Positions 1 to 6,849 of a stretch of 32,000 bases of DNA are shown here, in pieces (position 1 is the first letter of the stretch; each line of letters opens with the position of its first letter). The stretch spans positions 5,119 through 37,118 of the forward strand of contig CAWBCB010000152.1 in NCBI GenBank assembly GCA_963787095.1, read 5' to 3'. Below the pieces are notes generated by a model. It searched no databases. It had not been told where the DNA came from and saw only the letters and a list, made by a program, of their open reading frames with translations. Made by a program: the position numbers and the translations under genes. This DNA is from an uncultured Cytophagales bacterium (GTDB taxonomy: Bacteria; Bacteroidota; Bacteroidia; Cytophagales; Cyclobacteriaceae).

Positions 1-31
1 TTATTAATTAACCTTCTTAATAGCATGCATC

Positions 32-739
32 ATGAAAAAAAAGATCATTCCCATCCTTTCTATTGGCCTGATAGTAGCCGCGTTCATAGGCGGATTCTTT
101 TATGGCCGCATTACTCCGTCCCAATCGCCCCAGCAACTTACGTTGGAGCAAATCCTTTCTATCCGCGAGTTGCATTTGGTGAAACATACCTACACCGATT
201 TGTTTTTTATTCATAAGAACAACAACCCGGCAAAAGCGATCCGTGCGATGGTGCAAGTGCCCGTTACCATTACTGCTTTCTTAAATTTAAAAGACGTTGA
301 GTTAGTGTGGCAAAACGATTCACTGCGTTCTGTAATCTTACCGCGCGCAGCGTTGAACGAACCTGTGTATCATACCAACCGCATGGTAATTCGCGAAACG
401 AGATCGGTGCAAGTGCATGTTGGTAAAGATTTATATCCTGCCGTGGGTGACTACCTCGGCAAAACGATTGCTTCACGCATGGATACGGCACGGCAGTTGG
501 CCGAGTCGAACCGAATTTTAATTCAGGCTGAAGCCGAGGGCAAAGAATATCTTGAGAGTTTGCTAAAAGCATTGGGACATCAGCAGGTAGTGGTAACCTT
601 TAATGATGTTGCGCGCGATCAATTAGTAGCAGCGTATCAGGCTTCGTTGCAAACAAAGCCGATCCTTGCTCCCCCACGCACACGAGCGACTATGCAAAAA
701 GCATCTGTCATTCCGTTTGGATTTTTGCCGTTGGAGTAG
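32..739 (+). CDS. membrane-anchored hypothetical protein, DUF4230-like
   Basis: 235-aa ORF with ATG at 32. It has an N-terminal hydrophobic anchor (IIPILSIGLIVAAFIGGFFYG) followed by a soluble domain. The layout resembles DUF4230 proteins; this family call is from memory, not from a search. A strong hairpin follows at 746-783. Confidence 0.7.
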   Translation: MKKKIIPILSIGLIVAAFIGGFFYGRITPSQSPQQLTLEQILSIRELHLVKHTYTDLFFIHKNNNPAKAIRAMVQVPVTITAFLNLKDVELVWQNDSLRSVILPRAALNEPVYHTNRMVIRETRSVQVHVGKDLYPAVGDYLGKTIASRMDTARQLAESNRILIQAEAEGKEYLESLLKALGHQQVVVTFNDVARDQLVAAYQASLQTKPILAPPRTRATMQKASVIPFGFLPLE

Positions 740-745
740 CCCCGG

Positions 746-783
746 TTAGTCGTCAAGACCACTTCAAGTGGTCAGACGACTAA
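746..783 (+). other. stem-loop just after the CDS stop (possible terminator or REP-like hairpin)
   Basis: TTAGTCGTC (746-754) pairs with GACGACTAA (775-783), and the inner GACCACTT (757-764) pairs with AAGTGGTC (766-773). No clear T-tract follows, so the terminator role is uncertain. Confidence 0.45.
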
Positions 784-897
784 GTCAAGCATCGTTTCTC
801 AGACCGGCCGATGCGAATGTCAATCGTATAATTGCTATTCATCCATGGTCTAGCACTATCCCCCGCAGGCGGGGGTAAGGGGGTGGAAAAAAATCCC

Positions 898-1032
898 AAC
901 CTTAGTCCAATCCAGAGCGAACCATGAATGGGTTTCGTTAGTAGTTAAATCTATGGAAGAGATCCCCTAACCATAGTCCAATCCAGAGCGAACCACGAAT
1001 GGGTTTCGTTAGCAGTTGAATCTAAAGAAGAA
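898..1032. repeat. two tandem copies of a ~71-bp noncoding unit
   Basis: TAGTCCAATCCAGAGCGAACCAYGAATGGGTTTCGTTAGYAGTTRAATCTA occurs starting at 903 and again at 974. Each copy contains a bulged hairpin, CGAACC-N6-GGTTTCG. Confidence 0.85.
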
Positions 1033-1056
1033 TTGTTCTCTTCGAAAGGAAACCAC

Positions 1057-1672
1057 AGAGCGAAGGATCTCCCCATCAGACAAACGGCTTTCTTATTAGG
1101 GGATCCTTCGCTCTAGTATACTTCGGTCAACGAAAATGTTGTGTCTTCATGCAAGCATCATATACGAATGGCACAAGCTGGCCGCTCAGGATTGCGTTTC
1201 AATTTTTAGCGCGACCCGGAATCTACGATCAGTGATTTAACAAAAGTGGTTCGTGAGACACGAACCACGGAATAGGGAAGTGGTGTCATGAGGACACGAA
1301 ACAAGGAGTATGCATCAAATAAGTACCGGTCATTCCGGGCAAACAAGATACTTTTGATACAAAAACAAAAATGTAGTACTGGTACTTGTTTTAACTATTA
1401 AACCTGGCGCGACCCGGAATCTACGATTAGTGATTTAACAAAAGTGTTTCATGGGGCACGAACCACGGAATAGGGAAGTGGTGTCACGAGGACACGAAAC
1501 AAGGAGTAGGCATCAAATCAGTACCGGTCATTCCGGGCAAGCAAGATACTTTTGATACAAAAACAAAAATGTAGTACTGGTACTTGTTTTAACTATTAAA
1601 CCTGGCGCGACCCGGAATCTCCGATTAGAGATTTAATAAAAGTGGTTCGTGGGTCACGAACCACGGAATAGG
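1057..1672. repeat. repeat block A. It comprises a 58-nt hairpin (1057-1114), a ~94-bp leader, and a 198-bp tandem array (heads at 1209, 1407, 1605)
   Basis: GCGCGACCCGGAATCT recurs at 1209, 1407 and 1605, an exact 198-bp period. Units 1209-1406 and 1407-1604 differ by only about ten substitutions. The third unit is truncated after the ~66-nt head module. Each head carries GTGGTTCGTG-N3-CACGAACCAC (e.g. 1246-1268). Confidence 0.95.
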
Positions 1673-1738
1673 GGCAAAGGAATTTCCTATTAGAATATTT
1701 ACTCAAATTTAAGTTTGAAAACGTAAGAGCGTTGGCCC

Positions 1739-1896
1739 GGCCGAAAAGCCTGCCTGCGCGGAGCTTCGGCATAGGCAGGCGGGGTGGTGTGTTGGCATGA
1801 GGGGGGAAGCATTTTTCGGCCTTGACCTTTTTCGTTCTTTTTGTGCCTGCCTGCACGGAGCCGTTTCGGCAAAGGCAGGTCTAAGACAAAAAGAAC
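1739..1896. repeat. pair of nested GC-rich stem-loops between the two repeat blocks
   Basis: GGCCGAAAA (1739-1747) / TTTTCGGCC (1813-1821) encloses GCCTGCCT (1748-1755) / AGGCAGGC (1773-1780). GTTCTTTTTGT (1834-1844) / ACAAAAAGAAC (1886-1896) encloses CCTGCCT (1846-1852) / AGGCAGG (1873-1879). Confidence 0.8.
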
Positions 1897-1960
1897 AAAG
1901 AAAGAAAGTTTGATGCAATCTGTTTGCTGATGAAGTTAGTGTGTAAGTAAAATACATGAA

Positions 1961-2450
1961 AGAGCGAAGGATCTCCCCATCAGACAAACGGCTTTCTTAT
2001 TAGGGGATCCTTCGCTCTTGTATACTTCGGTCAACGATTAGGTTGTGTCTTCATGCAAGCATCATATAAGAATAGTGAAAGCCAACCGCTCAGGATTGCG
2101 TTTCAATTTTTAGCGCGACCAGGAATCTCCGATTTAGTGATTTTAATAAAAGTGTTTCGTGGGTCACGAACCACGGAAGAGGGAAGTGGTGTCATGAGGA
2201 CACGAAACAAGGAGTAGGCATCAAATCAGTCCCGGTCATTCCGGGCAAGCAAGATACTTTTGATACAAAAACAAAAAATGTAGTACTGGTACTTGTTTTA
2301 ACTATTAAACCTGGCGCGACCCGGAATCTACAATTAGTGATTTAACAAAAGTGGTTCGTGGGGACACGAACCACGGAAGAGCGCGACCCGGAATCTCCGA
2401 TTAGTGATTTTAACAAAAGTGTTTCGTGAGTCACGAACCACGGAAGAGGG
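1961..2450. repeat. repeat block A-prime, a second copy of the hairpin + leader + head/tail array (heads at 2113, 2314, 2381)
   Basis: 1961-2018 repeats the 1057-1114 hairpin almost exactly and the leader is also repeated. After that come one full head+tail unit (2113-2313) and two consecutive head-only modules (2314-2380, 2381-2450). Confidence 0.95.
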
Positions 2451-2804
2451 AATCGGGGATTGTGGTGAAGAACACCAATGGCAAAATTTGCAGCGAAGAA
2501 TTCGTTTTACAAAGCCTTTACGGCCTTGATCGAACTGCCATCGAATCGAGACTGGATCATCATCGAATCACCTGTCAGGTTCTATTGCACCTACTGGCAA
2601 ACTGGCAGGCCAAATTTAGCGTGTTTCTTCGAAGGGATAATTTCCGCAAAAGAGCCCCAAGGCCTCACTAAATAAATCAGCGGTATTTATAAAGGTTACA
2701 TAAGCCAGTTAATCAGGCGACCAACAAGCACAGGGGTTAACTCCGTTAGCAGTTAATTTCACTTTTTTACTATCTTAGTCACCTCAAAAACCTAAACCCT
2801 CATT

Positions 2805-3785
2805 ATGAAAACAATCCTAAAGTATGTTGGATTCCTGATTGTATTTATCGTGCTTATCATAGCAGGCGCACTAAGCTATGTAAAGTTGGCGCTCCCCAAT
2901 GTAGGCGAACCCGAAGATCTTAAGATTGATTACACCACAGAGCGCATAGAACGTGGCCGTTACCTTGCCAATACAGTTACGGTGTGCATGGACTGTCATT
3001 CAAAGCGTGACTGGTCAAAATTTTCAGGGCCATTAACAGAAGGTACACTTGGCATGGGGGGTGATGTGTTCGATCAAAGTATGGGGTTGCCGGGAGTGTT
3101 TTATGCCAGGAATATTACGCCTGCAGGAATTCAACGCTACACCGATGGTGAATTATTTCGGGTGATTACAACCGGAGTAACAAAAGAAGGTCGCGCTATG
3201 TTTCCACTGATGCCCTATCCATATTATGGCCGCATGGACAAAGAAGATATCTATAGTATCATTTCTTACGTGCGATCTATTCCTGCCAAAGAAAATGCAG
3301 TGCCCGATTCCAAGCCAGACTTTCCAATGAACTTCATCATTAATACGATTCCACAAAAAGCAACGCATGGCACGTTGCCACCAAAAACAGATCTGCTAGC
3401 GTACGGTGCCTATCTTACCAATGCAGCCGGATGTGTAGAGTGTCATACACAAGTAGATAAAGGACAAATTATTCCTGAAGTCATGTTTGGAGGGGGGCGT
3501 GCATTTCAGTTTCCAGATGGATCAATAGTAACATCCGCTAACATCACTCCTGATAAAGAAACCGGTATTGGTTCCTGGACCAAAGAAGCATTTGTACAGC
3601 GCTTTAAAACCTATGCCGATTCTACCTATGTTGGCGAGCCAGTGGCAGTTGGTGAATTCAATAGCGTTATGCCCTGGATGATGTACGGCCAGATGAACGA
3701 AGAAGACTTGACAGCAATTTATACCTATCTAAAAACTGTTGCACCTATTTCAAATTCGGTAGTCAAATTTAAAGCCGCCAGGTAA
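2805..3785 (+). CDS. membrane-anchored dihaem c-type cytochrome
   Basis: 326-aa ORF with an N-terminal TM helix and two CxxCH haem-binding motifs: CMDCH (nt 2984-2998) and CVECH (nt 3432-3446). Confidence 0.9.
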   Translation: MKTILKYVGFLIVFIVLIIAGALSYVKLALPNVGEPEDLKIDYTTERIERGRYLANTVTVCMDCHSKRDWSKFSGPLTEGTLGMGGDVFDQSMGLPGVFYARNITPAGIQRYTDGELFRVITTGVTKEGRAMFPLMPYPYYGRMDKEDIYSIISYVRSIPAKENAVPDSKPDFPMNFIINTIPQKATHGTLPPKTDLLAYGAYLTNAAGCVECHTQVDKGQIIPEVMFGGGRAFQFPDGSIVTSANITPDKETGIGSWTKEAFVQRFKTYADSTYVGEPVAVGEFNSVMPWMMYGQMNEEDLTAIYTYLKTVAPISNSVVKFKAAR

Positions 3786-3797
3786 GCTACATATTAA

Positions 3798-3819
3798 GAG
3801 GGTAGAATATTCTACCCTC
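3798..3819. terminator. bidirectional hairpin between convergent genes
   Basis: Perfect palindrome GAGGGTAGAAT/ATTCTACCCTC, lying between the stop at 3785 (+) and the stop at 3823 (-). Confidence 0.6.
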
Positions 3820-3822
3820 CCT

Positions 3823-4197
3823 TTAGTCGGTCAAAAAATTGAACCAGGATTTCTTGTCCTTGGGTGTTTTCTTTTGGATTTCTTCCACTTCACGAATGAA
3901 ACTGGAAATATTTGCGTCTGCATACGTGCCGTAAGCATCAATAAGAATTCCTTTTTTTCCATCTTCTGTATGAATAAGATAGAGAACCGCATTGTCTTCA
4001 GGATCGGAGTAACCTTCAAATCTGTAAAAGTTTGAGATGGCTGTATTCTCAGGTGTGAAGGAAGATTTTTTATCTTCGGTGGTCATCTTCTTTCCCGAAA
4101 TCTTGAAGTTTTCGGTATATCCTTTCTCCACGGCATCATTAATGCATTCGGAAAGAGTCTTCATTTTTTGTGTAGCATCGCTTTCAAGAGTGTCCAT
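3823..4197 (-). CDS. hypothetical protein (124 aa)
   Basis: Clean ATG ORF with protein-like composition, and the terminator hairpin sits directly downstream. I do not recognise a family with confidence. Confidence 0.7.
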   Translation of the reverse strand: MDTLESDATQKMKTLSECINDAVEKGYTENFKISGKKMTTEDKKSSFTPENTAISNFYRFEGYSDPEDNAVLYLIHTEDGKKGILIDAYGTYADANISSFIREVEEIQKKTPKDKKSWFNFLTD

Positions 4198-4256
4198 ATT
4201 TTATCGGGTGAGTGATTGATGAGGTCAATAATACTTTTCTGAAAAGTTTTAATATT

Positions 4257-4820
4257 TTACTTCGAGGCGGCTTCATGATTTTTTAGCATTGCCAAATGAC
4301 TTTTCAAATCAGGGAGTGTTCGCGCAATTAAATCTTTTAGCGCCACATCCTCTGTTTTGTTCATTCGTGACTCAAAAGAACGGATGCTGTTATTGTGATT
4401 GTCTTGCATCTTTTCACACCACTTCTTATCAAAATCCTGTCCGGTTTTTTCAGCAAGATCATTTCTATCTTCAGTTGCCTTCGCTGTCTCTGTGGTAGGT
4501 GTACTATAACCTTTTGTAGCGGCATATCCTTTTAAGCTGTTTAATACTTTAGTATGATCTTCTTCCAGCATACCGGCAATCTCTTTCAACTCATTATTAT
4601 CTGACTTTGATAAAGCCAATTGAGCAAGATTAATTTCCGAAAGATTGGCAGCCACTGCATTAACAATAAAGTCTGCATCTTTTTCATCGGCTCTGTCCGT
4701 GAGCACCGCCTCATTGTGTTCTTTAGCAATTTCAGAACTATCATCTTCTTTAGTGGGTTGGCAAGAAGTTAAGATAACCGTAGCCAGCGCAAAGGTTTTT
4801 AGAATATGTATTGGTTTCAT
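4257..4820 (-). CDS. DUF4142-family lipoprotein
   Basis: The signal peptide carries a lipobox (VILTSC). It has the bipartite helical pattern typical of DUF4142: DADFIVNAVAANLSEINLAQLA...EEDHTK... and FDKKWCEKMQDNHNNSIRSFE...TLPDLKSHL. Confidence 0.88.
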   Translation of the reverse strand: MKPIHILKTFALATVILTSCQPTKEDDSSEIAKEHNEAVLTDRADEKDADFIVNAVAANLSEINLAQLALSKSDNNELKEIAGMLEEDHTKVLNSLKGYAATKGYSTPTTETAKATEDRNDLAEKTGQDFDKKWCEKMQDNHNNSIRSFESRMNKTEDVALKDLIARTLPDLKSHLAMLKNHEAASK

Positions 4821-4985
4821 AATTTTAGTTGTTTAATTATTTAATAGTGATTATGAAAATTATACCAATACGGAATGGAAGTTTTTTAAGTTGTTTCTGT
4901 ACAGGTTTGTGAATCTTTCTCTACAGATGAAGGAGGTGTGCGCAAGTATTTTCACAGGTCCGATAGTTTGTTCAATACTGCCTTT

Positions 4986-5019
4986 AAAAAAGAAAATCCC
5001 AGCCCGATTCGGGTTGGGA
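4986..5019 (-). terminator. intrinsic terminator
   Basis: On the minus strand, TCCCAACCCG-AAT-CGGGCTGGGA is followed by TTTTCTTTTTT. It lies about 25 nt downstream of the stop at 5044-5046. Confidence 0.8.
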
Positions 5020-5043
5020 CTTTAAGAGATTAAAAATGTCCAA

Positions 5044-5491
5044 TCATTTCTTACTGATTTGTGTTTCCTTATCAAGGGCAAGTACCGCCAACAACCGACC
5101 TCCAGAAACTACTTTGGAAGTGTAAGTGAGGGTAAATGTTTTGCGATCTGTTTTTTTGAATGCCATAATCTCACTTCCTTGAATGATCATAGCATCCTGA
5201 CCCTTTAGTGTCTGCGAACTTCCATTCCTTTAGCAGATGTCCGGCTTCGTCTTTCAATGACAGTTTTCGATTTGTTCCAACTTTCCCACATTCGTTATAA
5301 AATATAGTCACTACATCGTTGATCGAAGTAGTAGCTAACGAAACGCGGGGTGTAGCAGCCTTCGAGGTAAAGTAATGTTCAATTACCAATTTGTTGTTTA
5401 CGTGCATGGTAAACCCATCGCCACCGATGGGTGCGAATGAAGCCAACATGGCAACCAATGCAATTCCGGAAAGTACCTTGAGTGTTTTCAT
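5044..5491 (-). pseudogene. small secreted protein, apparently frame-disrupted (1 extra nt near 5195-5205)
   Basis: ORF 5171-5491 starts with a signal peptide (MKTLKVLSGIALVAMLASFA). After its stop, a second frame stays open for 50 codons (DAMIIQGSEIMAFKKTDRKTFTLTYTSKVVSGGRLLAVLALDKETQISKK) and ends at 5044, just before the terminator. The total span of 448 nt equals 3n+1. Confidence 0.55.
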
Positions 5492-5677
5492 AAGTTATGC
5501 GTTTAATTTTTTTTGATGTTAATTACGCACAAACACACTACACGTGTTTGAATCTTTGACCAGGTGCAACAAATGCTTGACGAATTGCACGAAGGCGTAA
5601 GAATATTGAGTTGGAATCATGTCATCAATAGATCAATCTTAACGGGTTAGAATAGTTAGAGATTGGGTGAAAATGTT

Positions 5678-5940
5678 GGTCAGGCGACCATAGTCGTTAA
5701 CTTAAGGATAAATTTTTTATAAAAGCCTTTATATGTCGTCCCTACAGGACTTAAATGCACTCGTCTATATTATTTACCAACATGTCGTCCCTAACGGGAC
5801 TCAAGTATAAAGACACCTTCCAGTCCCGAGGGATGAAATATTGGTAATAGACAACAGTACTCTTTTAAAAATCCCTTTAGGGATGAACTATTAATTCCTA
5901 TAAACAGAATGTATCGATCTCTTGTGCCTTCGTGCCTAAA
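5678..5940. repeat. mosaic of TCCC-N-GGGA hairpin modules in both orientations, bounded by inverted arms
   Basis: GGTCAGGCGACCATAGTCGTTAAC (5678-5701) is the inverse of GTTAACGACTATGGTC at 5941. Modules: ATGTCGTCCCTACAGGACT (5733-5751), TTACCAACATGTCGTCCCTAACGGGACT (5775-5801), AGTCCCGAGGGATGAAATATTGGTAA (5822-5847), ATCCCTTTAGGGATGAAC (5871-5888). Confidence 0.85.
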
Positions 5941-6700
5941 GTTAACGACTATGGTCAGGCGACCAGTCGTTACATAAGCATAGACGCGTATGAGAATTCT
6001 ACGTTTGACTTCACACAAACACTTTAGTGAATGTGGAATTTGTATTTCATCCCTATTACCAATATATAGTTCCTAACGATTTTGGAGGGAGACTTTATTT
6101 TAGTCCCATAGGGACGACATGTTGGTAACAATGAGAGCGAGGTGAATTAAAGTCCCATAGGGACGACATATTAATTTTCGCAAAGCATACCTTACGTTAA
6201 CGACTATGGTCAGACGGCCAGTCGTTACAAAAAGTATAGGCGCGTATGAGGATTCTACGTTTGACTTCACACAAACACTTTAGCGAAAGTGGAATTTGTA
6301 TTTCATCCCTATTACCAATATATAGTTCCTAACGATTTTTGGAGGGAGACTTTATTTTAGTCCCATAGGGACGACATGTTGGTAACAATGAGAGCGAGGT
6401 GAATTAAAGTCCCATAGGGACGACATATTAATTTTCGCAAAGCATACCTTACGTTAACGACTATGGTCAGACGGCCAGTCGTTACATAGAGCATAGGCGC
6501 GTATGAGGATTCTACGTTTGACTTCACACAAACACTTTAGTGAAAGTGGAATTTGTATTTCATCCCTATTACCAATATATAGTTCCTAACGACTTTGGAA
6601 GGAGACTTTATTTTAGTCCCATAGGGACGACATGTTGGTAACAATGAGGGCGAGGTGAATTAAAGTCCCATAGGGACGACATATTAATTTTAGCAAAAGC
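5941..6700. repeat. three direct tandem copies of a ~256-bp structured noncoding unit
   Basis: GTTAACGACTATGGTCAG starts at 5941, 6196 and 6453. Each unit has four elements. First, an AACGACT..GGTC-AGRC-GRCC-AGTCGTT hairpin. Second, an ACAAACACTTT-AGYG-AAAGTG-GAA-TTTGT hairpin. Third and fourth, two AGTCCC-ATA-GGGACGACAT hairpins 49 bp apart (e.g. 6103-6115 and 6152-6164). Confidence 0.95.
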
Positions 6701-6849
6701 TTCGTCATAGGCCGGTCAAGACAAAAAAGCACAACGCAAAGTAACCGTGATGAATCTTGCCTGATAAAGTGAGTAGGTTACTTGATGACACTCAACTTTG
6801 ATAATCATTATCTTGAGAGATTCTCAAAAAATAAACTACTTTTAGTTTT

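Noticed and set aside
1596-1987. Track ORFs 1596-1856 (-) and 1709-1987 (-)
   Set aside because: They lie entirely within palindromic or repeat DNA and overlap each other in different frames. Their sequence is low-complexity Ala/Arg/Pro-rich read-through of the GC hairpins.
1209-2450. CRISPR or coding interpretation of the 198-bp array
   Set aside because: There are no unique spacers. The only ATG-initiated frame inside the unit (37 codons in unit 1) loses its ATG in unit 2 (ATG to ACG) and acquires TAG in the unit at 2113.
5791-6018. Track ORF 5791-6018 (-), 75 aa
   Set aside because: It spans the junction between the inverted mosaic and the first direct repeat unit. Its sequence is a translation of hairpin modules (e.g. 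VTTGRLTIVVN), and there is no equivalent ORF in the other units.
746-6216. Shared 10-mer TGGTCAGACG between the hairpin at 769-778 and the 256-bp units (e.g. 6207-6216), and CAGGCGACCA at about 2713 and 5681, as evidence that the two repeat loci are related
   Set aside because: In a 32-kb window hundreds of 10-mer coincidences are expected by chance. Without a longer alignment this does not support common origin.
5941-6700. CRISPR array reading (21-nt palindromic AGTCCCATAGGGACGACAT repeats about 49 bp apart)
   Set aside because: The sequences between the hairpins are the same in every 256-bp unit, so there are no unique spacers. The spacing alternates within a larger unit, and no cas genes are in the window.
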